Assembly: GCA_046483985.1 (NCBI GenBank)
Contig: JAWOCD010000017.1
Location: 32,001 to 96,000, forward strand
From: Promethearchaeia archaeon
Lineage (GTDB): Archaea; Asgardarchaeota; Lokiarchaeia; Sigyniarchaeales; SOKP01
DNA: 64,000 nucleotides
Direction of reading: 5' to 3'
Every line of letters begins with the position of its first letter. Within the stretch, counting starts at the first letter, position 1. The translations under genes were made by a program, and so were the position numbers. This document shows, piece by piece, positions 9,924 to 20,487 of this stretch. The notes under the pieces are model-generated. The model saw only the letters and a list, made by a program, of their open reading frames with translations, had not been told where the DNA came from and ran no database searches.

Positions 9924-10107
9924 TTCTATCCTCTCTTTTAAAATGTTGAAGTTTTCCTTTATCTATCCCAAACATGCTTTCAGGAATATTTTGAGACTTA
10001 TCGATAAGTTTATTGATAAGTTCATCATATGTAGATGTTTTAAAAACTTTCTTCAGTTGTTTTAATTTTTCCAAGGTATCTTTTGTAATTTGAATGGAAG
10101 TTTTCAT
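9904..10107 (-). CDS. RHH-like antitoxin (VapB) overlapping the toxin
   Basis: MKTSIQITKDTLEKLKQLK..TYDELINKLI; 67 aa, directly upstream of the PIN gene. Confidence 0.8.
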   Translation of the reverse strand: MKTSIQITKDTLEKLKQLKKVFKTSTYDELINKLIDKSQNIPESMFGIDKGKLQHFKREDRIVFREE

Positions 10108-10136
10108 ATATAATCTATAGCACTATAGTTATATAA
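10107..10136 (-). promoter_or_regulatory. palindromic operator overlapping the TATA box of the TA operon
   Basis: tatataa-t-ctatag-ca-ctatag-ttatata inverted repeat; TTATATAA on the minus strand ~22 nt before the ATG (leaderless geometry). Confidence 0.6.
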
Positions 10137-10232
10137 TTTTATCTAAAATATCTAGTATTTTTTAAATTTAGATGATTTAAAATTTTGAATTAGCCTTTAA
10201 TGATAAAAAAAAGAGATTAAGGTATGAATAAC

Positions 10233-12203
10233 TTAAATTGTGGTAAAAACCAACGTACCGGAATTATAAATACTCGGAAGCAAGACAGAAGCAAGCAACG
10301 CTAACAAAAATGAGGTAAAAACTACACCTGATATAATACATCGGGTCTTAAGATAAATCCACGAACTTATCATCGACATACCCAAGAAGAGCAAATAAAA
10401 GATTGGAATCACAAAAAATACAATTGTTGGGAAAAATTGGAGTGAAATTAATAGCAATAAATAGGAGATTGTGAGTCCTGTTCCACCGATAACTGTATTG
10501 AGTAAATTGGTGTAGAAAAGTTCTCGCCAGGAAGGTATCCATAAGAGTTTTTCCTTTTCATAGCGGGAATATTTAGATTGTATGAGACCATTGAAGAAAA
10601 GTCCATAGATAAAAGTAAAAGTAAAGATAATGCCCCAGATCTCTAAAAATCCAACAATTTTATAGATAATTAATGATTTTATTCCATATAGGGTTAAACT
10701 TACAAGCAATGGAATATATATGGCTAAAAATAAGCCCACTCCATAAAGAAGATTCCTTTGAAGTTGGTGGGGTTTTATTTCCAAACCGAAATCTGCCCAA
10801 GTTTCGTAATATGTTTTTCGCTCAGTATAAATAAGACCCAAAAGTACGGGAAGGAAAATTAAGGCATGAGTAAAGAGGAGTATCGTAAAGATATTGGTTA
10901 CCATAAAATCGGTAACAATTAATGTATTTAAAGAAAAGACAGAAATTAATGGAATCACTAAGGCGTTGGTTCCAAGGTATAAGGCAATATAAAGTAAGAT
11001 CTGTTTTTTAAAATCTTTTTTCTCAATCTCCTTAGCAGCCTTAATATTTGACTCCTCAGTGGAAACTTTATTGGCTAAATAGATAGATAACGGGATTGCT
11101 AGGAGAATAACACCAATTAGAGTGATCCTATTTCCTGTTTTTCGTTCCGTTTCATTTATGTCGTTAGAATCTAATTCGTTGGCATTTGGATCCATAAACA
11201 TGGAATTTTTCATCCATCGAATTGATTCTTCAATTGCTCCTTCATTTTGTCCTTCAGTTATATGGTCTTGTCCTTCTAGGATAACTAACCTTCGTGCGCT
11301 GCCATCTAAAAAGCTCCCGTAGGTTTTTTCGCTCTCGATTTGCTTGTAATCCGATGTTCCGAAAATAGAGTCTCTGCCGAGATTCCATACAAGTTCTTTT
11401 GCACTTTCAACTGTAAATATCTCATCACTATCGCCGACAATATTAAGGAAATTTCGGGGGATGTTGGTTTTACTTTCGTTCAATTTATCCTTAATGATAA
11501 TGTTTTCAAAGGCAGCATCGATATCATAAGTTAACGTCGGATAAAGCCAATTTTTTACCTCATCGAATCGTTCTAAATGACTGAGAACTCCGTCATTTAT
11601 ATCTTCATCTTGTACATCATATTGGGGACCTCCGACGGTGAGCGTGGTATTAATCCAATGATTTCCCAATTCATGATCTATAAGTGAGGCTAAGGTAACC
11701 GAGAAAGCTCCCATTGAGTGTCCCACCACTCCAATTCTGGAGAGATCGATATTATATTTGTCCGCATTCTCACGCAACCACTGAACCGCGCTCAGAGTTT
11801 CATTTTCCCAAGTAAATCCAAACTGTCCGCTACTTCCCCCGTGTCCTCTTCCTGAAATACAAAACCCGATAAATCCTCGTTTCCCGAATTCATTAGCAAA
11901 ACTTTTAAAATAGGTTTTACTGCTTGAAAATCCATGAACATAAACGATTGCGGGACGCTTCTCATATATGTCATTCCTTTCCTTTGGAAGATAAAGTGTA
12001 CTATCGATCTCAATATTTTCTCCAAATACTCTAAATTCTGGTGCCGTTTGTATTTGAAAGTGTTTTTCATTACATGAGAAAAAGGAACAATTGAAAAGAG
12101 TAGTCCAGCTAAGTCCAATTATTGTTAACAATAAACCCACAATAAAAAGAATTTTTTTTGCTTTTTCTATTGTGTTTTGTTTAATAGGAAGAATATCTCT
12201 CAT
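10233..12203 (-). CDS. membrane-anchored alpha/beta hydrolase with C-terminal multi-pass TM domain
   Basis: VHGF, GRGHGGS, GHSMG nucleophile elbow, GDSDE, QDHI; N-terminal TM and about 8 C-terminal TMs. Confidence 0.85.
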   Translation of the reverse strand: MRDILPIKQNTIEKAKKILFIVGLLLTIIGLSWTTLFNCSFFSCNEKHFQIQTAPEFRVFGENIEIDSTLYLPKERNDIYEKRPAIVYVHGFSSSKTYFKSFANEFGKRGFIGFCISGRGHGGSSGQFGFTWENETLSAVQWLRENADKYNIDLSRIGVVGHSMGAFSVTLASLIDHELGNHWINTTLTVGGPQYDVQDEDINDGVLSHLERFDEVKNWLYPTLTYDIDAAFENIIIKDKLNESKTNIPRNFLNIVGDSDEIFTVESAKELVWNLGRDSIFGTSDYKQIESEKTYGSFLDGSARRLVILEGQDHITEGQNEGAIEESIRWMKNSMFMDPNANELDSNDINETERKTGNRITLIGVILLAIPLSIYLANKVSTEESNIKAAKEIEKKDFKKQILLYIALYLGTNALVIPLISVFSLNTLIVTDFMVTNIFTILLFTHALIFLPVLLGLIYTERKTYYETWADFGLEIKPHQLQRNLLYGVGLFLAIYIPLLVSLTLYGIKSLIIYKIVGFLEIWGIIFTFTFIYGLFFNGLIQSKYSRYEKEKLLWIPSWRELFYTNLLNTVIGGTGLTISYLLLLISLQFFPTIVFFVIPIFYLLFLGMSMISSWIYLKTRCIISGVVFTSFLLALLASVLLPSIYNSGTLVFTTI

Positions 12204-12500
12204 ATATAGGGTTAAGAACGATTTTAATAAAAACTAACGAATTAAATTTTGCTGCAGCTATGATTAGAAGATATTTATCCAAATACCTTATCCCATCCTA
12301 CAGTTCTTTGAGCTTAATTTCATCCCATAAAAGGGGAGATCTTTTTATTGCCCATCTTTTTATTTGGATTGGTACTGAGGGCGTTTGCTTTAGAATAATA
12401 TCTCTTGATGAAAAAAAACTAAATATTTTTTTACATTTGTCGAAATCTTTCTATAATATAATCATAATTTTAATATGCAATAAGCATTAAAAGGTAACAT

Positions 12501-14183
12501 ATGCGTCATTATTTTGATTTCGATAGATCATTACAAGAGATTTTCAATTCCAAACTCACTGGAATGAAATTCACGTGGAGAGAATGGCTTAATATAACTT
12601 CTAAAGAGGAGTTTCTTGAGACTGCTTTAAAAAATTCTGGTTTGGATACAGTTGAAAATATATTTGATTTGATAAAATACGGCACTACTTCTAGCCGTGA
12701 ATTTACGTTAGATCCCCCGCAGCATCTATCTCAATGCGGGAAAATGGAAATCCCGATTTTTACTCATACCTCTGGTACCACGAACCCTACCATAGAAAAC
12801 CTAAAATGGTTTCATATGTCAAAAGAACTTATAGGCAGATTGTGGGCTCCTGGCATGCAAGCAATCTTTGAATCTGCCGATTTATCAAACAATTCATCCG
12901 CAGTAATATTTGTTCCGTCACGACTGAAAAAAGATGGGATTCAGAAACTAAATCAGAAAAAGTATATTTCCTTATACTCCTTGGAATTTTCACAGCGAAT
13001 TGCATTGGCAACAATTAATCCGCATTCTTATCTGCTAGCTCCCTATAAAGAATCGTATAACCTCCGAACAATCGCAAAAATCTTAGAGCTTAAGAAAATT
13101 AGCACCATCTCCACCTCCTTTTTGACTATCTTAGGATGGGCAAATCATGAAAAGATGAAACAAAAAATAAAAAATTCTCAAAAAGAAATTGATCCCTCCT
13201 CAGTACAGAATGACATGCTGGTAAAGTTACTGAAATTAATTAAGTATGAAGGAATTGATAAGGCGACTACAAAAATCCAAGAACGACTCTCAGAAAAAAT
13301 CAAGGATGCATATTTAATTTCCGGTATTAGTTCGTTAAACGTTCAGAAAAAGATAATTCATAATTTTATGCATTGGCAAGAGAACCGCGATAAATATATC
13401 AATTTATACGTTGCTTCAGAAATTGGTCCCTTTGCAGCCTCAATACGGGCGGCAGAAAAGTTAAAAGAAGGAGCTGACGGCCAAGTCTCTCAAACTATTA
13501 TGGATGTATTTCCACTAACACTCCCCGTCATTGAAAGACATGGCAAAATGGAATTATTAACAGGTACAAAACACAGAGTCGGAAAATTATTGACCTCACG
13601 GATGCATAACTCAAAACCACTTATTAATATTGATACGGGCGATGTCATCTTCATTGAAAATACCGCGGCGCAACCACAAATAGGCGGAACTATTCTGCGA
13701 GCGGGATTTAAGTTAGAATATCCTCTTAAATTAACTGACGAAGTTGAAATCCCCGAGAATTCCAATATATATGCTGGAGATTGTTTTACCATTGTTGATT
13801 TAGAAATCCTCAACCCAAAACATTTGTTAGATTGTATCATTAATAATTGTCGGATACAAACAGATTCCCTATTATTGGTAAGGACCGAAAAGGAAAAAGA
13901 TTCTTGGGATCTTGTACTTCCATTTGAGGGGAGACATGACCCTTCCTTTAAAAATACGCTCTTAGAGGTGATTGAATCATGTCCAGGAGGAAAAGGATTT
14001 ATTGATGCGATTGATCGTAATCGTATTACCCTTAAATTTACAGAGGAAGGACCAGTAGATTATCTACAAACTCGAGGAGAGATTCTAAAAAAAGTACGGA
14101 ATGGGCATATACCAAAGGGAATCCTGAAGAAATGGCCTCTTTATCTCGCTGTCTCGCCGAATTATGGGAAAAAGATTTGTTAA
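12501..14183 (+). CDS. divergent adenylate-forming enzyme (GH3/LuxE/PaaK-like)
   Basis: HTSGTT P-loop, YVASEIGP and IDTGD AMP-binding motifs. Confidence 0.65.
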   Translation: MRHYFDFDRSLQEIFNSKLTGMKFTWREWLNITSKEEFLETALKNSGLDTVENIFDLIKYGTTSSREFTLDPPQHLSQCGKMEIPIFTHTSGTTNPTIENLKWFHMSKELIGRLWAPGMQAIFESADLSNNSSAVIFVPSRLKKDGIQKLNQKKYISLYSLEFSQRIALATINPHSYLLAPYKESYNLRTIAKILELKKISTISTSFLTILGWANHEKMKQKIKNSQKEIDPSSVQNDMLVKLLKLIKYEGIDKATTKIQERLSEKIKDAYLISGISSLNVQKKIIHNFMHWQENRDKYINLYVASEIGPFAASIRAAEKLKEGADGQVSQTIMDVFPLTLPVIERHGKMELLTGTKHRVGKLLTSRMHNSKPLINIDTGDVIFIENTAAQPQIGGTILRAGFKLEYPLKLTDEVEIPENSNIYAGDCFTIVDLEILNPKHLLDCIINNCRIQTDSLLLVRTEKEKDSWDLVLPFEGRHDPSFKNTLLEVIESCPGGKGFIDAIDRNRITLKFTEEGPVDYLQTRGEILKKVRNGHIPKGILKKWPLYLAVSPNYGKKIC

Positions 14184-14366
14184 AAATTCTCATGTCTGTT
14201 GTAATATTAACTGTTTTTAAATAATAACCTCGATGGTAATAAGGGTGAAATGCTCGCAAATCTATTAAGGTTTCTCGTGGATCTGAGTGATTCCTATGGA
14301 GATTTAATTTCCTCTTGTTGGGAAAAATTAGTTAAATTATAATATTATTAAAATTGATAATAAAAT

Positions 14367-16184
14367 ATGAAAAAATCTTTCTCTTCTTCCCATGCCCTAT
14401 TGATGATTATTTTGGGAGCTTTATTGATGATATTTTTAAGTGCAAATCACATCACTCAAATTTCATATGCCCGTACCGATCCTTCGCTCTATAGAAATCA
14501 ACCCAGCGTGAACCATATTGATCAAGGCTATATTAACGATTCAGACAATGAATTGATTTGGTTTCTCCACGTAACTGACACCCAAGACATTTGGTATGAC
14601 GATGGGAAGATTGGACAGTGGCGCCAAATGCTAAATCAATCCTATCGCGAGATTAATCCTTTTTTAATTTATAACACCGGAGATTTAGTCAATAGCGATT
14701 ATGAAAATTTTATCACCGGAAATGAACGTGATCAGCGAATTGAGGAATGGGAGCGCTATAACCAGTCACTCTATGATAGTGGAATGAATTCTTCTATATA
14801 TATGGACGTGATAGGTAACCATGACGTGTACGGTGATCTTGGCAATTCATATTTTTTAAACTATTCGATGATGGGAAAAGAGTTAAATACTCTGCAATAT
14901 GGGTTCAACCGGAGTTTTTCTTTCGGTGACTACGCGTTTATTGGGCTTCACACAGCCGAGGATTACGGTATTCGTTATCCATTTGCACTATTCGGCTATT
15001 TAAATACGCAAGAATTGGATTGGTATGAACAAGAATTAACTCGTTTCCAAGATTGTGACCGAATTTTTCTTATGGGGCACCATCCTCCGTTTGAAATTTA
15101 TTCAACGAGAAGTTCTTCAGGAAAATCTTTTTTCCAATTGAATGAGGAGTTCGATGTTGATTATTATTTCATGGGACACGGTCATATAAATAGTTTTCAA
15201 AATGTAAATGGAATGCTTGCCATTGAAACAGAGAAATTTAGCAATGAAGGAGGCTCATATCGTATTGTTACTTTGGATAAGAACCAACTATCCACATCAA
15301 TTGAGCGGGTGGGACAATGGCCTCAAGGAATCATTACCAATCCCCCCCGAAGGGACTATTTAGAGGAGGAAACTTGGACCGATGGGGAACACATTCGGGT
15401 CCTTGCATGGGATCCAGAGGGCGTCAATTTTGTTGAATGGTCAGCATTTACTCCGGATGGAAGCAAACAGATTATTGATTGGGAAAACTTAGATAACATA
15501 TCAAGTACTGGACCTTTATGGGAGGGAGATTTCTCAAAATTAGAAGAAAAAATGGCAAAAAACTCAGATTTGGAATCATCCTTGATTAAAGTGAGGATAT
15601 CTGGTAAGTCTGGGGAAAACATTAAGGAAATCCTTTATTCCCCAACTCAACGAACCCCTTTTGGGTGGTATGAAGCAATCCCGCTCATTTATATCTCGTG
15701 CTTTTCCCTTATTGGGATTGCTATTATAGTCACGTATTATCTTCGCACTCGGGTACCGCGGTTTAAAAAAGATCCGGAACAGAACGTGGATAAACAACTG
15801 AGAAACCTTTTCTTGTTAAAATGTTTCATCTTTACCATAATTCCGTGGACACTTGGCGGGATGTTTGTTGATCAAGTCACGGTAGTTTTTGCATTATTTT
15901 ATGTCAACGGATTAGGTATCCATTTTAACGGCACTTTGTTAATTTACACCGGTGTTATTTTTTTCTTAGCGATTATATGGCAAGGTTTTACTCTCTCTTA
16001 CAAGAAGAGATATTTAATGGTCGGTTTGACGGTCTGGAATCTCTTATTTACTGGGTTCTATGTTGTTTTTTATATTTTGCATTTTCCTATGCTCTCTTGG
16101 CTCTCTCCAGGGTTGTACGGGATGCTAATAATAGATAGCTTAATTCTAAGACGTAGTTTAAATATGATTAAAAAAAAGCCATGA
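14367..16184 (+). CDS. TMEM62-like membrane metallophosphoesterase
   Basis: VTDTQ, TGDL, GNHD, GHHP, GHGH; YRIVTLD..WPQGIITNP..HIRVLAW; N-terminal TM and C-terminal TM bundle. Confidence 0.75.
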   Translation: MKKSFSSSHALLMIILGALLMIFLSANHITQISYARTDPSLYRNQPSVNHIDQGYINDSDNELIWFLHVTDTQDIWYDDGKIGQWRQMLNQSYREINPFLIYNTGDLVNSDYENFITGNERDQRIEEWERYNQSLYDSGMNSSIYMDVIGNHDVYGDLGNSYFLNYSMMGKELNTLQYGFNRSFSFGDYAFIGLHTAEDYGIRYPFALFGYLNTQELDWYEQELTRFQDCDRIFLMGHHPPFEIYSTRSSSGKSFFQLNEEFDVDYYFMGHGHINSFQNVNGMLAIETEKFSNEGGSYRIVTLDKNQLSTSIERVGQWPQGIITNPPRRDYLEEETWTDGEHIRVLAWDPEGVNFVEWSAFTPDGSKQIIDWENLDNISSTGPLWEGDFSKLEEKMAKNSDLESSLIKVRISGKSGENIKEILYSPTQRTPFGWYEAIPLIYISCFSLIGIAIIVTYYLRTRVPRFKKDPEQNVDKQLRNLFLLKCFIFTIIPWTLGGMFVDQVTVVFALFYVNGLGIHFNGTLLIYTGVIFFLAIIWQGFTLSYKKRYLMVGLTVWNLLFTGFYVVFYILHFPMLSWLSPGLYGMLIIDSLILRRSLNMIKKKP

Positions 16185-16261
16185 TTTTCCTTATCTAAGA
16201 GAGATTTGAGAATTGAAATTAGTTTGAAAACATTTTTACTTTTTTCTTCTTTTCTTATCAT

Positions 16262-16600
16262 ATGCCCAAAGAGTCTCAAGAAGAGAAAAAGAAGACAATC
16301 GATGATTACTTGGAATCTGTTGAATCATCGCGATACTATCATGATCTTTATTTAAAAGCTGTCAATCATCCCATTCGGCGCGCGATATTGAAATATATTC
16401 ATGAAAAAGGAAAAGTTTCTAAAAATAAACTTGGAGAGTTTCTAAAAGATCAGAATCTTCTCGATAAGGAATCCGATCTTACTTATCATCTTGATTTCTT
16501 GCAGAAGTCATTATGCATTAAAAAGGTAACACAGAAAGAAAGTTCGGCTGAAAAATATCAGTTAAGACAAGCTGGAAAGGTAATTGAATTTCTAAAATAA
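16262..16600 (+). CDS. ArsR-like winged-helix protein
   Basis: KAVNHPIRRAIL..LTYHLDFL..YQLRQAG. Confidence 0.8.
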   Translation: MPKESQEEKKKTIDDYLESVESSRYYHDLYLKAVNHPIRRAILKYIHEKGKVSKNKLGEFLKDQNLLDKESDLTYHLDFLQKSLCIKKVTQKESSAEKYQLRQAGKVIEFLK

Positions 16601-16619
16601 GTAAGATATATTTCAATTC

Positions 16620-19019
16620 TCATATTTCATCTACTCGAGCTTTTGGCGGATTTTCTTCTCCTTCTGGCTCTGGGAGTTCTTCTTTCTTAAATTCATCTGG
16701 CTTAATCGTTCCTATTTGTTCTAATTCTTCTGTGAATTCATCAATCACCTTAGCAAATTTCTCTCCTTCGCCAGCTGATACACTCACAATTCTTACCCGT
16801 TTTGGATTAATATTGCTCTCCCCTAACATATCTCGGATGCTCGCATATCGGGTACTTGCTTTATTAAACCCCTCATCATAATGACAATCTTGCGGATGAC
16901 ATCCTGCGATTAATACCCCATCAGCCCCATGAAAAAATGCTTGAAATACTTCAGCAGGGTCTATCATTGCTGTACACATTACCCGAATCGGTCTGACATT
17001 GGTTGGATAATTTAATTTACTGGTACCCGCCAAATCAGCCCCTAAATAGGAACACCAGTTACAGAGAAATGCAACTATTAAAGGGGCTTCCTTCTTTTCT
17101 TTCAAGACTGTCTGTATTTGTGCTTCCAATTGCTCTTTTGTAAATCCTGGAATAAATAATGCATCATTGGGGCACATCGCAGCACATGCACCGCATCCCG
17201 AACAATTTGCTGGGGTTAATTCCAGTTCTTTATCTTCAAATGTAATGGCATTATAAATACAGATATTTTCACATAATCGGCACATATCACACTTGTCAGG
17301 GTTATGATAAACGATATGAGGATCTAACTCCACCTCTTTTTTGGATAAGATTGCCATTGTTTTGGCTGCAGCGCTCTCTGCTTGAGCAATACTCGATGGG
17401 ATATCTTTAGGTCCTTGAATTACTCCCGCAAGGTAAATTCCATTTACAGAGGTTTCAGAGGGTTTTACTTTCAAATGGCGCTCCATAAGGAATCCGAAAG
17501 GATCTTGGGAAATATTTAAGATTTTTGCTAATTTCCTCGTTCCTTCGGCGGGTTCAATTCCAACTGCTAACACTACCATATCGGTATCATGTTCAAAAAT
17601 AGTACCTTCAATTACATCCTCGCCTCGGATAATTAGTTTATCCGATGTATCTCTTTTTAAAACTGCAGAGATATTGCTTTTAATAAAGCGTGCATTAAAA
17701 TCTTCACGGGCTCGATTATAAAATTGTTCACATTTTTTCCCAACAGCCCGAATGTCAATATAATAGAGATTAATATTAGTATCAGGGTGATCCTTTTTGA
17801 TTAGGGCGGCTTGTTTAATGGAAGCATTACAGCATACTTGGCTGCAATATTCATGGTCAATTTTCTTATTTCGGGATCCTACACAGAAGATAAACGAAAC
17901 ATCTTTCGGGATCTTGCCGTCCGATGGTCTCACTACTTCCCCGCCAGTTGGGCCATCATTATTTAAAAGGCGCTCCATCTGCATTGTGGTAATGACATTT
18001 TCATATTTATTGTAATTCAATTCTCCCAGAATTGACGGATCGAATGTTTTAAATCCCGTTGCAACAATAATCGTTCCAACTTTGAATTTGATAATTTCGG
18101 GCTTTTGGTCAAAGATGATTGCATCCCTGTCACACGCATCTTCACACGCTCTACATCCCACACACTCCTCTTGAATGATGTTAGGATATAAGGGAATTGC
18201 TTGAGGATAAGGAACGTCGATTGCTTTACGGGGATTAAACGTATCTGCAATATCAATCGGACATACTTCCCGACAGATATCTACGCATCCTACACATTCG
18301 TCCTCATCGATATATCTCGGCTTCTTCTTGATGGTAATCTTAAAATCTCCGATATATCCATCCACATCTAATACTTCCGAATAGGTATATAACTCAATAT
18401 TGGGGTGCTCATTTACTTCGGACATTAGCGGCCCGAGAATACAAATAGAACAGTCCAAGGTTGGAAAGGTTTTGTCAAATAATGCCATATGTCCGCCGAT
18501 CGTGAGATCTCGCTCGACCAAATAAACTTTAAAACCAGCATCGGCTATGACGAGAGCGGCCTTAATTCCGGCAATTCCGCCGCCAATAATGAGGGTTGAG
18601 GGTGTTACAGAAGATTTCTGAAGCTCCAACGGCTCTAAAAGTTTTACCTGCTCGATTGCCATCTCGATCTGATCGATTGCTTTTTGCGTTGCTTTTTTCG
18701 GTCGTTTTGCATGAACCCATGAGTTTTGTTCCCGTATATTTGCAAAAGAAATGAGAAATCGGTTGATACCCGCCTTTTCAACAGTTTTTCGGAATAATTC
18801 CCCATGAAGCTTAAAGGAACACGATGCAATTACCACGCGGTCAATATCATGTTCTTCAATATCTTCGGAAATTGTGGCTAAACCCAACTCAGAACACAAG
18901 TATATCTCTCTAGCTACATAAATGTCTGATCGTTTTTTAAAATATGAAACTAATTTCTCATTATCGATAACACCGCTAATGTTTTTCCCACAATCACAGA
19001 TAAATAATCCTATTTTCAT
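16620..19019 (-). CDS. hdrA: heterodisulfide reductase subunit A fused to MvhD (flavin-based electron-bifurcation module)
   Basis: FICDCG, NIREQNSWVH, IGGGIAG, KTFPTLDCSIC, ferredoxin motifs, GPKDIP; C-terminal FLCNWCSY..GCHPQDCHY = MvhD. Confidence 0.93.
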   Translation of the reverse strand: MKIGLFICDCGKNISGVIDNEKLVSYFKKRSDIYVAREIYLCSELGLATISEDIEEHDIDRVVIASCSFKLHGELFRKTVEKAGINRFLISFANIREQNSWVHAKRPKKATQKAIDQIEMAIEQVKLLEPLELQKSSVTPSTLIIGGGIAGIKAALVIADAGFKVYLVERDLTIGGHMALFDKTFPTLDCSICILGPLMSEVNEHPNIELYTYSEVLDVDGYIGDFKITIKKKPRYIDEDECVGCVDICREVCPIDIADTFNPRKAIDVPYPQAIPLYPNIIQEECVGCRACEDACDRDAIIFDQKPEIIKFKVGTIIVATGFKTFDPSILGELNYNKYENVITTMQMERLLNNDGPTGGEVVRPSDGKIPKDVSFIFCVGSRNKKIDHEYCSQVCCNASIKQAALIKKDHPDTNINLYYIDIRAVGKKCEQFYNRAREDFNARFIKSNISAVLKRDTSDKLIIRGEDVIEGTIFEHDTDMVVLAVGIEPAEGTRKLAKILNISQDPFGFLMERHLKVKPSETSVNGIYLAGVIQGPKDIPSSIAQAESAAAKTMAILSKKEVELDPHIVYHNPDKCDMCRLCENICIYNAITFEDKELELTPANCSGCGACAAMCPNDALFIPGFTKEQLEAQIQTVLKEKKEAPLIVAFLCNWCSYLGADLAGTSKLNYPTNVRPIRVMCTAMIDPAEVFQAFFHGADGVLIAGCHPQDCHYDEGFNKASTRYASIRDMLGESNINPKRVRIVSVSAGEGEKFAKVIDEFTEELEQIGTIKPDEFKKEELPEPEGEENPPKARVDEI

Positions 19020-19211
19020 ACTAAACAGAGTTGATGTGAATTAGTTTTAAGTCCATTATTTTAACAAAATGAATATTAGTTCTAAAAAATGATTCTTGCT
19101 AAATATAATTAAACCATTAAAAAATGATTTTAGATTATAACAAAGAATTTAATCTACAAACTTCAAATTTTGAACATCTCCCCGGCGAATTTTCTTTGAT
19201 CGGAATTAGTA

Positions 19212-19817
19212 TTACACGTGGTGAATTTCCTTGGAAAGAAACGGATATACCTTAAAAATATCAAATTCTGCCTCTTTTAGTTCTAAAAAATATCTCTCTT
19301 CTATTTGCTCCTCTCGTTGAATCCAATTCAATATTTCTTGATATGAGCGAAACTTTCCCTTATTTTTGCGCGATAATTTTAAGCCGGGACATTTGCGGGC
19401 GTATGTGAGAAAATTCTTCCGCTTAGTCATTAACATTTTCCACCCAATAGGAAAGGAACGGCATTGAAAGGGGCGAGCATCATAGACGCTGCATTCATCT
19501 CCCTTGAGAAATTGACATACCTCGTCCTCTCCCGTGAGTTTAAATGCTAACACCGTTATGTAATGGGTTTTTCCTCGTGATTTATTGGGCGGTCTCCAAT
19601 AATACGATTTGGTGACTGTTGCGACATACTTTCGAGCAAATTCCTTTAAACCTTTTGAACCTGTAAAGCCCAAATGCGCAGCTAGTTTCTGCACATCTTC
19701 ACGATATAAATAGATTTCTCCTTCGTTTAAGCCCCGACAACATTTACCGCACATCTGGCAGGTGAATCTTATACCCTTCTGATATTTCTTTGAAATTCTT
19801 CGGTTTTTGGTTGGCAT
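19212..19817 (-). CDS. YkgJ-family CxxCxxCC cysteine-cluster protein
   Basis: CQMCGKCC..CQFL..CSVYDARPFQCRSFP. Confidence 0.88.
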   Translation of the reverse strand: MPTKNRRISKKYQKGIRFTCQMCGKCCRGLNEGEIYLYREDVQKLAAHLGFTGSKGLKEFARKYVATVTKSYYWRPPNKSRGKTHYITVLAFKLTGEDEVCQFLKGDECSVYDARPFQCRSFPIGWKMLMTKRKNFLTYARKCPGLKLSRKNKGKFRSYQEILNWIQREEQIEERYFLELKEAEFDIFKVYPFLSKEIHHV

Positions 19818-19917
19818 GATAAATTACAATGAGTTAGATTAATCTGAACATGTTTTAAAATAAAATGACGAGGCTTCTGAATTTCTGGGGGGATAATTCC
19901 CTATGCTCATTCCCATT

Positions 19918-20187
19918 TTATTGCTCCTCAAACTTTTCTCTGAGAGGTTTGATGACGAGTAAAAATCCGAGCCAGATAAAAAAGATGAGAATTAACATTA
20001 TAATAAGCCAGACGCTCATAAGCAGCCAAAATTGAGAATCAAGGATATTTACTCCAAAGACTTTAAAATGAACAATTTCTGGAGTAAAATAATTACCAAA
20101 TAACATAATAGTACAAAAAATTGCAAAAATTAAAGCACCTATAAAAAATCTTAAACCATAATATGGTTCTTTTGGCTTTTCCGTCAT
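19918..20187 (-). CDS. small 2-TM membrane protein
   Basis: 89-aa ORF with two hydrophobic helices. Confidence 0.6.
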   Translation of the reverse strand: MTEKPKEPYYGLRFFIGALIFAIFCTIMLFGNYFTPEIVHFKVFGVNILDSQFWLLMSVWLIIMLILIFFIWLGFLLVIKPLREKFEEQ

Positions 20188-20487
20188 TTTTTTATCAGTA
20201 CTGATGGATAAGATAAATTATTTTAAATTATAATATAATTTATTTTAGATTTAAAAAAATCTTTGCTAACGGGAAACACGGGTTTAAATATTAACATCTA
20301 AACAATTAGCATTACTCTAACCCATTTTAATTAATTAATTAATTCAAGATAATATGAAAGATTATGGACTTATCATCCACTATTAGAAGATTTTAAGAGA
20401 ACTATTCGTGGCTTTTATTTAACAACATTTATCCGCTAGGATTTCTTTTTTGAATTATAGAAATTAAATATTGTTGCTGCGTGTTAC

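Noticed and set aside
12260-12490. 76-aa intergenic ORF
   Set aside because: Lies in an AT-rich divergent promoter region with no motif; probably spurious
16620-19019. Selenocysteine read-through in HdrA/MvhD
   Set aside because: The frame is open with Cys codons at the relevant motifs; the only in-frame TGA is the terminal stop after a complete MvhD domain
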